From NCBI RefSeq assembly GCF_009914755.1, contig NC_060937.1: a stretch of 64,000 nucleotides of DNA; one strand, 5' to 3'. The position numbers were made by a program, and so were the translations under genes. Source of the stretch: the human T2T-CHM13v2.0 reference genome, Homo sapiens. Positions 43,673 through 56,590 of this stretch are shown in pieces. Position 1 is the first letter of the stretch, and each line of letters begins with the position of its first letter. The notes below the pieces were generated by a model. It saw only the letters and a list, made by a program, of their open reading frames with translations, searched no databases and was not told where the DNA came from.

Positions 43673-46399
43673 GTTGCAGGATATGATTTTGGCTAATGAA
43701 AGTCAATTGCTTTCCTATACACCAGCAGTGAACAATTGTAATTATAAATTTGAAACACAATGTAATTTTCATTAACACAAAATGAAATATTTAGGTCAAA
43801 ATCTAAAAAAATGCATACAAGATCTATATGAGAAAAGCTACAAAACTCTGAGGACAAATGTCAAAGCTCTAAATAAAGAGAGATATTCTATATTCATATA
43901 TGGAAGCCTCAAATAATGTTAAGATGCGAGTTCTCCCAAACTTGATCTGTAAATTAAATGAGATCCTGATCATAAATCAAGCATATTGTTTTGTGGAAAT
44001 TGACAAATTTATTCTAAAGTTTATATGGAACTGCAAAATACACAGAAGATTCAATGCAACGGTTAAGAAAAAGGTAAAGTCGGAGGATTGACACTACACA
44101 ACTTCCAGACTTACTAAAATCTATGGTAATCAAGAGAGTGTAGTACTGGTGAAATAACAAACATATGGATCAATGGAAAGAAACAGTCAGAAACAGACCC
44201 ACACAAACATAGTCAACTGATCTTTCACAATGCCACAATGGCATGCCAGTGAGGAAAGGATAATCTTTTTTTTTTTTTTTTAATGGTTTTGGATCAACTG
44301 GATTGCCATATGCAGAAAAAAAAAATCAAGACACTGACTTTACAGTTTTCACAAAAGGGGCATAGACAGACACATACAATGAAAAATTATAAAACATTAG
44401 CAAACAATATAGGAGAAAATCTACATGACCTCGGGTTTGACAATGTGACAATGAGTTTTTAGACACAACACCAAAAGCCCAATCCATGAAAGAAAACAAA
44501 ACAAAACAAAACAAAATTTTGTAAGTTGGACTTAATTAAAATTAAAACTTTCTCTCTGTAAAAGAATCAGCAGAATGTAAAGCCACAGACCAGGAGAAAA
44601 TTTTTATAAAATATATTTCTGATAAAGGAACTGTATCTAAAATACACAAAGAACTCCAAAACACAACAATGAGAAAAAGAAACAACTCAGTTAAAAAGTT
44701 AACAAAAGATTTGAACCAACACTTCAGCAAGTAGGGTATACACATAGGAAAATAGATTCAATATTATGTTATTAGGGAACTGTAAATTAATACTACAATG
44801 ATATACCACTATATATTTATTACAATTGCCAAGATGCTAAATACTTAGAAAACCAAATTCTAGTAATGGTGTGGAGAAACTGGAACTGTCATTCATCGCT
44901 GGTGGAAATGCAAAATGGTAAAGCCACCTTGGAAGCACATTTGGAAGTTCCTTAAAAAGCTTGACATAATTCTACCAAATGAAACTGCAATTGAGCTTTT
45001 AGATATTTACTCAAACGAGTTGAAAACATGGATTCATGCACATTTTTGCACAAGTTTATTCATAATTTCTTAAAACTAGAAGCAGTCAAGATGTTCTTCA
45101 AAGGTGAAATGGGTACAAAAGCAGTGGTACACCCATACAAAAAGTGTAATTCAACAATAAAAAGATATGAGCTCTTAAGTCTCAAAAATACATGGAGGAA
45201 ACTTAAATGTATACTGCTAAATGAAATAAGCTGGTCCACAAAGGCTACATATTCTATGACTGTCGCTGTAAGCCATTCTGGAAAAGGCCAAACTACAGAG
45301 ATTAAAAAAAAATTAGTCGTTGAAGAGTTTGGTGGGAATAATGAATATGTGGGGCACAGGATTTGGGGGCAGTGAAATTATTATGTATGATCCTAAAATA
45401 ATACATGAAATTATGCATTTGTGAAAATACATAAAACTGTATTTCTCAAAGTGCAAACCCATAGATTTTGGATAATAACAATGTATCAATATGGTTTCAT
45501 CAATTGTAATAAGTGTACTATATCAAAATGATGTGTTAATAATAGGGGAAATTGGAGGATAATGGGAAGGAGTATATGGGAACCCTCTGTAGTTTCTTCT
45601 TAAATTTTCTGTAAAAATCTAACTGCTTTTAAAAATGTATTAATTTCAAAATTGATAATGAGCTGAACATTTTAGAAACATATTATATACACAAAAAGTT
45701 AAGAAAAATAATATCTTATCCAATAAAATCGAAGTCATGAAAAACCTCTGGATATGTTCTGTGCCCTTTCTGTGATATTTACCTTGTTAGGTTTTGTGTT
45801 CTTTTGAAAGTCTTTCTTCTTATTAAATAAAAGGTCAAGTAAAATTCAGTCCATATTTATCATTCTTCTAAAAATCCTGTACTGGAAAATATTCTATTAA
45901 CCTGTTCTCTACAGGTGCCTCTCTAAATGATCTTTTTTCTTTTTATTTTTTCTTTTTTCTGCATTAGTTTTACCTGGCCTTAGCTGAGAAAGGAAGGATT
46001 TACAGAGCTGACAAAGCTTAGCTCCTCATGTCTGTCTAGCATGCTCTAATGAAGGGAATTAACTCAATCAAAAAAAAAAAGTATAATAGAGATTCTTAGA
46101 CCACTTAAGTACCAACCAACCACCTTCTTATTACAACATTCACAGTCAGAAAAGGAGATTTAATTTCATATGCTTATATTAAAAAGGTCATATTAAATAG
46201 AATTTTCATCCACAAAAATAAGGTATTTTGAATTACAAAATTAATGATGTTCAAAGACTTATTTAAATACCCCATTAGTTTTTTAATGAGAAATTTAATC
46301 ATAGAAAACCTTCATTTGTATAACTTCCAAATTTTCTCTTTAAATATTAATAAAACACTCAACAAAAAAATATGAACTTGGAGTTATTTGAAGGCCACA

Positions 46400-46590
46400 G
46401 AGCTTAGTGAAGGGTATTGGCTTGGCAGTCACACAAACAGTTTTCTAGAATTTGAAAAGCCACTAATAAGATCTGAGATCTTGTAAAGGTCAATTAACAT
46501 TTGAGAGTCTTAGCCTCTTTGCCTTCAAATCTATAAAAGAAGAATGTAGGTCCAGCTGATCTTTGCGACCACTGCCAGCTCCACAGTTAT
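46400..46590 (+). mobile_element. MIR SINE (degenerate)
   Basis: ggcttggcagtcacacaaac...gccactaata...gatcttg...gtcaattaac. Confidence 0.5.
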
Positions 46591-47085
46591 TTCAATACCA
46601 TCACACTATTCAGTCCAGTGGCAAAAATGTGGTTTTTAAAAATTATAAATATATTTCAAATGGAATTATTTCACCAAAATGAAAATAAATGCATAAGTAT
46701 ACAAAGTGACTTAATATACTCCATTAAATATATAACAAAAGCATGAAAAGTGAATATGTTGAAATGAACCCACTTAAACAACTAGTCCTCTAAAATGATC
46801 TATCTCAAGGCATGCACACTGGTTTTCTCATTAGCATCAAACTCTCACCTCTTCCATTTGATTAGCTGGGCAGTTTTATTGCTAGCAGAGAAATGGAATA
46901 GTTTTAAGACATTCAAGCAAGTAATTAAACATGGAGTGCTTCAGAGTATTTGACAGAAATGCAAACTAGACAATCATCAACCAAGTCATACTTAACTGCA
47001 GTTAATACAGAGTCTCTAAGGCTTCCTGGCATGTAGACCTGGGCCAAGGTAGGTTCAATATCTTCAGTAATTTTTTTTTCCAGAT

Positions 47086-47264
47086 CCATGGTAGTTATAC
47101 CTGGTTGACCCTGAGACTCACCTAAGAATCTTTTTAATAATCCCTATTCCTCAAACTCAACCCAGATTCACTGAATCAAAATCTCCCAGCATGGCATTTA
47201 CCAATTGTTACAGTTCAAAGTTCCCCAGGTAATTCTCCTGTATGCCGACGTTTGTAACCCATGG
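47086..47264. mobile_element. MER5-like hAT-Charlie element
   Basis: ccatgg termini; cccagattcactgaatcaaaatctc and ttccccaggtaattct motifs; ~180 bp. Confidence 0.7.
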
Positions 47265-47539
47265 CATGTATGCTATGGTAAGTACCTACTTAAGTACCAA
47301 GATATACAACTCACTAAATCTATTCATGATGCCTATTTCATTTTCCATTTTATAATGTCTCAAAAATTACTTATTTTGATAATATCCCATCTAAAAATAA
47401 ATAGCGGTAATGCCTTTTCTTTTAGTTTCATCAGTTTACAGGAACAGACTAATGTTTTTGAGACCACTTATATACCTGTGTTTTCAACATTTTCAATGAA
47501 GGAATAGCAATAATCATGATTATTATAATGATTATAATA

Positions 47540-47740
47540 TTCTGGATGCTGTTATCAGTGCTTTAAGCATATTAATTCATTTAGTCTTTAAAACAACCCA
47601 GTGAACTAGGTAATATTACTCTTTCTCTTTCATGAATGAGGAAACGAAGCATTAGTGATGTTAATATGTTCATGGATATATATCTCTAGGTGTTAGAGCT
47701 TGGATTTGAACTCAGCATACTGAGCTTTAAGTCCATACCT
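47540..47740 (-). mobile_element. MIR SINE
   Basis: aacaacccagtgaactaggtaatatt...atgaggaaacgaagc...ggatttgaactcag. Confidence 0.75.
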
Positions 47741-48458
47741 TGTGTGATTATTTTAACTTATTTTACTCCTTGGAAGTGAAGAGTTTTTTAGAACTGAATC
47801 ATTTTTTAGGATGTTTTCTTGCTGATCGCCAGTGCAGGTTCACACCAGGATGTGATGGTGAATCCCATAGTTCTTGATCCAATCTCTGGCTCAGTAGGTA
47901 AAAGAAGGGATTTGTGGATAGGTACCAAGATGTGTTTTCTTGCAGCAGTTACTTGGAGCCATACAGCATACTGTTCATTAGACAACATGCAGCCTAGTGT
48001 AAGAATCTGGCAGAGTCTGAAAGGATACGTGTTGGCATGAATCTCAGTCTGTCTTTGTGTGTGTCTGCTAGTCTGAGTGCTATCTGATTGGACCAGGGAA
48101 CGAATTTGAGGAGCATGCCAACGTGGCTTGGCTCTTTTTAAAGACACCTGTCAACACTTGGCAAGGGCTCAGAGAGTGCAGCCATTAAGTGACCACAGGA
48201 TCATTTATACTTCCCCAAATGAAATCATAAATGCAGAAAAATGTATGATAATTAGAGGAACGATCTTTAAAATTAAGTTATTTTTTAAAACAAGTCATCT
48301 TTCTATATCTACCAGATAAACCTAGAGGCTCTATTTCCTCTTTGCTGGATGTTCTGTTTTCACAAGGTTCATATTAATTTTATAAATATGCTGACAAAAT
48401 AATATATTGGCCAGTTACAATCATGTTAGATTTGGTTGTTTATTGTTCTATCATTTTA

Positions 48459-48773
<315 letters not shown>

Positions 48774-49000
48774 CTTCTACCATTTTAAAAGATGATTTTC
48801 TGGTCATATTATCCTTTGGAATATAGCAGCTTAAATTCCTTTAAATCCAGCTTGATTCAGAGACTTCTCTTCCCAAAAAACATTGCAAAGTGCATATCAT
48901 AAAAATAACTCTTTGCATAAAATCCTTAGAAATTTTGGGGAAAAATTATGCCATGTCCTTTAAAACACACATTTGATTTAACAAGGAAGTAGGAGGATTT

Positions 49001-49095
49001 TAAGATGACCAATTTGTCCCAGTTTGTTCAAGACTGTCCAAATGTTAAAACTGAAAGCCCCATGTCTTGGGAACTGCTTCAACTCTAGGTAACTG
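49001..49095. mobile_element. MER94-like hAT-Blackjack element, left part
   Basis: gatgaccaatttgtcccagtttg...actgaaagccccatgtcttgggaa; right terminus pieces at 49762-49772 and 50148-50156. Confidence 0.65.
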
Positions 49096-49104
49096 GTACC
49101 ACTG

Positions 49105-49520
49105 GCTTATTAACTTTCTACTGTTGTATAGTGCCTTACTACAAATTTAACAACTTAAAACCGTACACATATTTATTATATCTCGGGTTTTTTTAAGCCA
49201 GAAGTCTGGGCATGTCTTAGCTGTGAGTCCTCTACTTAGGGAATTACACTGCTGCAATCAAGATTTTGGGTCCACTGCTTTTTCATCTATAGGCTCAATT
49301 GGAGAATATACTTAGTAACTTATTCCAGTGCATCACAAAATTCATTTCCTTGCTGCTGCAGGACTGAGGTCCTCATTTTGCTGTTGGTTGTCAGCCAGAG
49401 GCTGCTCTCGATTCCTGGAGGTCATCAACAGATCCATGCCATGGAGATCTCTCCGTTGTTCTTCTTAAAACTTGGCAGCTCATTTCTTCCAATCTACAAA
49501 TGGAGAGAGACACTCTCTCT
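49105..49520 (-). mobile_element. MLT1 MaLR LTR fragment
   Basis: cagaagtctgggcatg...aattcatttccttgctgctgcaggactgaggtcc. Confidence 0.75.
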
Positions 49521-49559
49521 ATTAAGATAAATTCTTTCAATGATCAATAGAGTTTAAAC

Positions 49560-49763
49560 AGGAATTTCCATTGTCAAGCTTCTTGTAGAATGGCAGTGTC
49601 CAACAAATACCTGGATTGTGGCCTAGTGAAACTTCGAAGCAGAAGACCTAGGTAAGCTACACCTAGACTTCCAACCAATAGAATTGTTTGATTTTAAAAT
49701 GTGTGTTGTTTTGAACTTACGGGTTTGTGGTAATTTGTTAAGCAGGAATGGAAAACTAATAGA
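49560..49763 (+). mobile_element. MLT1 MaLR LTR 3' fragment
   Basis: aaatgtgtgttgtttt...tttgtggtaatttgttaagcag...gaaaactaataga. Confidence 0.75.
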
Positions 49764-49772
49764 GTTGGTCAC

Positions 49773-50147
49773 TGATATTTGGATTTATGTCCTCACTAAA
49801 TCTCATGTAGAATTGTAATCCCCAATGTGGGAGGAGGAGGCTGGTGGATTGGATCATGGGGACACACTTCTCACTTGCTGATTTTGTGATACTGACTGAG
49901 TTCTCAGGAGGTCAGGTTGTTTAAAGTTTGTAGCACTTCCCCCTTTGCTCTCTCTTCCTCCTGCTCCAGTCATGGAGGATGTGCTGGCTTCCCCTTTGCC
50001 TTCCTCCATAATTGTAAGTCTCCTGAGAGCTCCCTGGCCATGGCTCCTGTACAGCCTGCAGAAATGTGAGCCAATTGAACATCTTTTCTTTATAAATTAC
50101 CCAGTTTCAAGTATTTCTTTATAGCAGTGCAAGAATGGAATAATATA
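49773..50147 (+). mobile_element. MSTA-like MaLR solo LTR with 5-bp TSD
   Basis: tgatatttggattt...ataaattacccagt...taatata; gtcac at 49768-49772 and 50148-50152. Confidence 0.9.
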
Positions 50148-50190
50148 GTCACTCTAGAGTTTAACCAGGAGCCCTTCCTCCTTGGACCTG

Positions 50191-50191
<1 letters not shown>

Positions 50192-50235
<44 letters not shown>
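50192..50235. repeat. Perfect (CA)~22 microsatellite
   Basis: Directly visible. Confidence 0.95.
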
Positions 50236-50237
<2 letters not shown>

Positions 50238-50478
50238 GGAACCATAGTAGGTAGTTGCTCTAGGTGGATATAGACTTGGGATTTAAGGTCCAGGCTGGGG
50301 AAAGGGATCAAAATTAGGCTTTTCCAAAGGGGGATGTAGAACTAAGACACACTCCAAATTTTTTTCATAATTTTCATATTTCAGCTGAAGTCAAAAACAG
50401 TAGAAAAATGCATACAACTTACTGAGAGAAAACAATTCCCCAGAACATTTTATAGCCAGTTAAACTATTTTTTAAAAA

Positions 50479-50872
50479 TAATTTCAATTTTTATTTAAAT
50501 ACAGGTACATGTGCAGGTTTGTTACCTGGGCATATTACGTGATGCTGAAGTTTGGGGTAGCAAAGACACAGAATCAACCCAGGTACCCATGCCTATCAAC
50601 AGTGAATTGAATAAAGAAAATGTGGTACATATACCCCATGGAACACTATGCAGCTATAAAAAAAGAAGAGTGGAATCACATTCTTTGCCACAGCATGGGT
50701 GCAGCTGGAGCCAATAACCTAAGCAAATTAGCATAGAAACAGAAAACAAAATACTCTATGTTCTTACTTATAAGTGGGAGCTAAACATGGAGCACATGTG
50801 GACATAAATGTGGGAACAATAGACACTAGAAACTAACGGGTAGGGAAGGAGGGGCCCAGGGTTGAAAAACTA
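50479..50872 (-). mobile_element. L1PB/L1PA16-like insertion with 5' inversion
   Basis: Antisense 3' terminus to ~50558 joined to a sense upstream segment 50559-50872; flanked by aaactatttt(tt)aaaa. Confidence 0.82.
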
Positions 50873-51204
50873 TTTTAAAATATAAAAGATATTAAACAGT
50901 GTTAAGAAAAATAAAAAATGAATTTGGTCTCTAACAATAGACTCCTCACTAAAGGAACTTCCCAAAGGTGAACATAAGAAGTACAACAAAAAAAAATCCT
51001 AGAGTTAAGTTCTTATATGAAAGAAGTAATAGTGAGCATTTAAACTGCTAAGCACAAAAATGAATCTCAATAAATATTAATCAAAATTACAAATTGTCGT
51101 CACTACTAATTTGGAAGGCATAATAATGATGTAGGAGTAAAATAATCAACAGTAATATCATGTAAGATGGGAAAGGCCACCAGAGTCAAATGCATGTTCT
51201 TATT

Positions 51205-51331
51205 TCTTTCCTTCTTTTTTAGAGACAGAGTCTTGCTATGTTGCCCAAGATGAACTAACTCCTGGTCTCAAGCAATCCTCCCACCTTAGCTGAATAGCCA
51301 GGACTGCAAACATAGCTCAATGCACCTGGCC
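51205..51331 (-). mobile_element. FLAM-like Alu monomer
   Basis: agagacagagtcttgctatgttgccc...caagcaatcctccc...cacctggcc, ~125 bp. Confidence 0.8.
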
Positions 51332-52313
51332 TTGTTTATTTCTGAAGGAGAATGAGATACTTATTAATTTTAGACTAGTGATATACTTATTAATTTTAGA
51401 CTTTGTAGATTAACTCTGTGCAAATCGTAATATTGTGAAGATAACTACAAAAAGATATCAAACAGGGTATATGCTGTCTAAATTATATGAGAAAAAAGTA
51501 AAAACTTTAATCAAAGAAAATAATTGCCTAAATTAAGCATAGAAAATTTGATAATTATGTTTTTAAAAGATGATGTAATTATATACGACTTAATATTTAC
51601 AATAAATATGTTTATTGCACTAACTACTCCACTTACAAAATTTGTAAGTCTGAATTACAAAGAAATCATTTTATTCTACATTGTATACATATATTTAAAC
51701 ACCACATTATACCCCATACATGTATACAATTTTGATTTTTCAATTAATATAATATTAATCAAACATAGTAAAATAAAATACAGGAAGTGTGGCTTGACTA
51801 CCTACCACAAAATAATAATAAAATTTAAAAAACCCTTTTATATACACTCTAGAAGAAAGTCACTCAAAACGCAAAAATGATAGAGGAAGTGGATAACAAC
51901 ATGTGCTTTATGAAAAGTAGTTAATAAAAGCAAAAACTACAGTTAATATTAAAGTAGATTTTAATGCAAAAATTTAAAGTCTAGTGCAACATTGTATGGC
52001 ACTTCATAATTATGCATTTCCAATCATGAGGAAGGTACTTTAAATTATACACACACATGTACACACACAGTAAACTAATCTGTTGAGAATTTAAGGAAAA
52101 ATGTATCACCAATTTCAGAACTGTGCCTAGTATATACCAAGTACTTTATAACTATACCCAGCATAGGGGATGTACATGAACAGATCATTAAACCTTTCCA
52201 TCTTAATCTGATCCTTTTCGAGTTGAATACTTATGTCTCCAAGCACAAAGTAAAAGTGAAAGCATGAAATATATTTCTGCTTCATTATTGACATTCCAAG
52301 TGATATTTTCTAG

Positions 52314-52658
<345 letters not shown>

Positions 52659-53452
52659 GTCTATTTCATATTTTCTACAGCCACTTCAAACCATGATTAA
52701 AATTCTAAAGAATATCAAAAATATTTTTGTTCACAGATTCTGTTTTCTTATAATGAATGTAATATTCTTAAAAGAAAACAAGATCTAAAACGCGGAATTT
52801 TGAAGCAAATTCTTCAGGTACTTTTTGGAAATAAAATGTAGGAGAGTTCAATTCAGTTAATGGATGAATTGAGTTTGTGGAAATCAAAATCATACCATCC
52901 ATTGATGTCATGAATATGGTAAATGAAGATGCTAAAATCATATATCCGTATGTGACCATAAATATGGTGTATAAAGACAAGTATCTGAGTGTGTATGGAT
53001 ATATGTATGTGCATGTATGTATGAATGTGGGAATGTATGCATATCTCTTGAAAAAGAGACAGCAATACAGACAGAAAAGCTAAACAAAGAGAGAAACAGA
53101 AAGAGACAGAGAGAGAGAGAACGGGAAGTGAGGAAAAGAGTTATTACACAATTAGGTTATAGACCTTGAAGTGATAGCAGTTGAACATCATTTTTATTGC
53201 ATTTTAAAAAGATGTTTCTTCATCACAAGAACCAAAGTACTGTATCAAGCTTCCAGATGGTCTTTAACAGAGCCAAACTTAAGCATACTTTTGAGATTTA
53301 ATCTACCTTGAAAAAGAAACATGTAAGTCAAAGAAAAATGAACAAAGATTGCCACAGAATAAGACAGTGCTTATTTTAAATGTTTAATTTTTTTATATTT
53401 ACATTGCTATTTTTAATATTTGGACACCCTAAAATTATTAATCAATATTTTA

Positions 53453-53794
<342 letters not shown>

Positions 53795-54184
53795 TTATGT
53801 GAGTCTGTCTATCCATGTATATGGTGACAGACATTTCATATTGCTAAGTAAAATTTGCTTTACTTCTCGTTACGTATGTTTTAAATTATATAACTTACAT
53901 AATTATTTCTACTAATAGGAATACAAGTAAGTACAGGTAGGATGCCATATTACTATTCCCATCTTATCTAATGGAAATGTACCTACAGTGGAATCTCCAC
54001 ATACTGAGAGGCAGAAGTCTCTGTTGAGAAAAGACCTAGAGGGTAGAAAGAACAACATGGAGTGTCAGGAAGCCAGGAAAAGAGTAGGTTAAAATTATGT
54101 TGTGAGAGAGATGTTCTGAAGTTCGTATCTCAGCCCCAGAAATGAAGGGTTAAATAAAAAGTTTCAAAAAAAAAAAGTAGACCT

Positions 54185-54522
54185 GGCTGGGCATGGAGGC
54201 TCATGCCTGTAATCCCAGCACTTTGGGAGGCCTAGGTGCTTGGATCACCTGAAGTCAAGAGTTCAAGACCAGCCTGCCCAACATGTCAAAACTCCATCTC
54301 TATCAAAAATACAAAAATTAGCCTGGCGGTGGTGGGCACCTGTAATCCCAGCTACTTGGAAGGTTGAGGCAGGAGAATCTCTTTAGGCGGAGGTTGTATT
54401 GAACCAAGATCCTGCCATTGCACTCTAGCCTGGGTGACAGAGGGAAGCTCTGTCTCAAAAAAAAAAAAAAAAAAAAAAAGAAAGAAAGAAAGAAAGAAAG
54501 AAAGAAAAAAGAAAAAGAAAAC
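54185..54522 (+). mobile_element. AluS SINE with A/(GAAA)n tail
   Basis: Full body with a short right-arm deletion; poly-A then GAAA repeats. Confidence 0.92.
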
Positions 54523-54759
54523 AAGACTTATTTATTTTGTTTTCTAGATATTAATCACAGCTCATGATTGCCCTTTTCAAACTTTTTTTTTTTTTCAAAT
54601 CTTACCTCTTATATGTAGTGCCTGCAGGCAGGCAAACTACAGTGTGATGAGTAGTATGCTAATATAGTTTGATATCTTTCTTAGATTTTGCTGAAATAAA
54701 TATCATTTTGACTTCATCTTTCCTGAATCCCTTTAACACCAGTGTCAGCAGGTGTCGAA

Positions 54760-55210
54760 TAGGATACAGCTATAGGAAGAGCAAGAGATGAGAGTGGAGC
54801 CCAAAAACAGTTTGGTAAAGCAATATGGGTCAGGGGGGAATGGCATGATTGATTTTGAGTCTGGAAAGATAATCATGATTTGTGTGAATCATGGACTGAT
54901 ATGTGGCAAGACTAGAACCAGAGAAAATTACCAGTGTTTGCGTACAGTCCAGTGAGAGTGGCTTGCACTGAAGTATTGTCACCGAGGAAGGAGAAACCTA
55001 CAGAAACTACTGTAAGTGAAAGAAACAACTGGTAACTGACCAGCTCTTAGTGGAATAGGAAAAGTCAGGTTTCAGGATGATGCCTAGGTTTCTAGTTTTG
55101 TCAACTGTGTGAATGTTTAGGCGATTTATATTAAAATTGGAAATGAAAAAATATAGTAAATTTGAGGGTAAAATAACAAATTCACTGTCCAAACAGCCGC
55201 ATCCAGACCA
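54760..55210 (-). mobile_element. L2 LINE fragment
   Basis: ggcatgattgatttt...gaaagataatc...ggcaagactaga...caggatgatgcctaggtttctag. Confidence 0.65.
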
Positions 55211-55751
55211 CATAATGGGTAAAAATACATAATCACTGGGGCAGGCTGAGGCATGCAAAGAATCTAACAGTCAACCAAGAGTAGTAAAAACGGCATAGTC
55301 ATGTGTTACAACTATAATACGAACAATGCCTGAAGGATTAACAGGAGTTTCACAAGGAGATTCTCCAACTTTCCCTGAAGACACTGTGCACAGATGAAAA
55401 GATTTTTAAAAGGACTTAAAAAAAAAAAAAAAGAAACTTAGTTGTGATGAGAACATTGCAAATCCAATGACCAAACCCAATGCTTTCTCTTGGCCCAGCA
55501 AACACAAAGTCCACTGTTTCTTTTCAGATATCCTTTGAGCTGGGGCTGCTGGGATTTAAAATGAGGGAGAAAAACAACCAGAGCTTTTGGAAACAAGGCC
55601 TTCTGATGGAGTAATAAAATAGATGCTCCTTCCCTGAACTTCTTAGTGAGAAGATGTGGGAACTACAGGACAAAAGAAGAATCAAGATAGTTGTTATCTA
55701 TCTCTGAACCTCCACCTTCTAGGAGGAAGTAGGATTACAAATAGATGCTCT

Positions 55752-55962
55752 TTGGACAGAGAGGGGAACAACACACACTGGGGCCTGTTGGGGTTGGGGG
55801 CATAGGGAAGGGAGAGCATCATGATAAATAGCTAATGCATGTGGGGGCTTCATATCTAGGTGATGGGTTGATAGGTGCAGCAAATCACCATGGCACATGT
55901 TTATCTATGTAATAAACCTGCATGTCCTGCACATGTATGCTAGAACTTAAAATAAAACAAAA
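55752..55962 (+). mobile_element. 5'-truncated L1PA10-13-like 3'UTR
   Basis: gaggggaacaacacacactggggcctg...tagctaatgcatg...taggtgatgggttgataggtgcagcaaa...agaacttaaaataaaa. Confidence 0.9.
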
Positions 55963-56117
55963 GTAGGTTTTTTAAAAGAAGCTCAAACACTTCTAAGTAA
56001 ATAATGAGCGCCACGAACTTTCAGTTCTGCTGATTTTTTTCCAGCTTTATGGAAGTAGGATTGATAAATACAAAATTGTATTATAAAACAACAACAACAA
56101 CAACAAATAGATGCTCT

Positions 56118-56230
56118 GTAAATGTAGCCTGGAGAAGTTTCTTTACCTCCATGAGTCTCAATCAACAGATGTGTAAAGTGGAGGTGATGATAATGATCCT
56201 TCCTCATAGGAGAGCTTTGATAATGGATGA
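56118..56230 (+). mobile_element. MIR SINE fragment
   Basis: cctggagaagtttctttacctccatgagtctca...tgtaaagtggagg...ttcctcatagg. Confidence 0.6.
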
Positions 56231-56270
56231 TAATTCATTTTATCCAAAATATATACAAATATAAAAAAAA

Positions 56271-56590
56271 GGCCAGGTGTGGTGGCTTACACCTGTAATT
56301 TCAACACTTGGGGAGATGAAGGATGGAGGGTCACTTGAGGTCAGGAGTTCAAGACCAACCTGCACAATGCAACAAGACTTCAACTCTATAAAATAAACTT
56401 GTGAAACTAGCTGGGCATGTTGGTGTATGCCTATATCTCCAGCTATTTAGGATGCTGAGGCAAGAGGATCACTTGAGCCCAGGAGTTGGACGTTATAGTC
56501 AGCTACAATCACGCCACTGCACTCCAGCCTGGGGTAACAGAGCAAGACCCTGTCTCATAAACAAACAAATAAATAAAATAAAATAAAAAA
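56271..56590 (+). mobile_element. AluJ SINE
   Basis: gaggatcacttgagcccaggagtt, gcaagaccctgtctc; (TAAAA)n tail. Confidence 0.9.

Noticed and set aside
43387-43778. Y/I/H/T/C/V-rich ORFs
   Set aside because: Translations of dinucleotide microsatellite.
51524-51880. 118-aa I/K/F-rich ORF
   Set aside because: TTG start in AT-rich decayed L1-like sequence; composition reflects base bias only.
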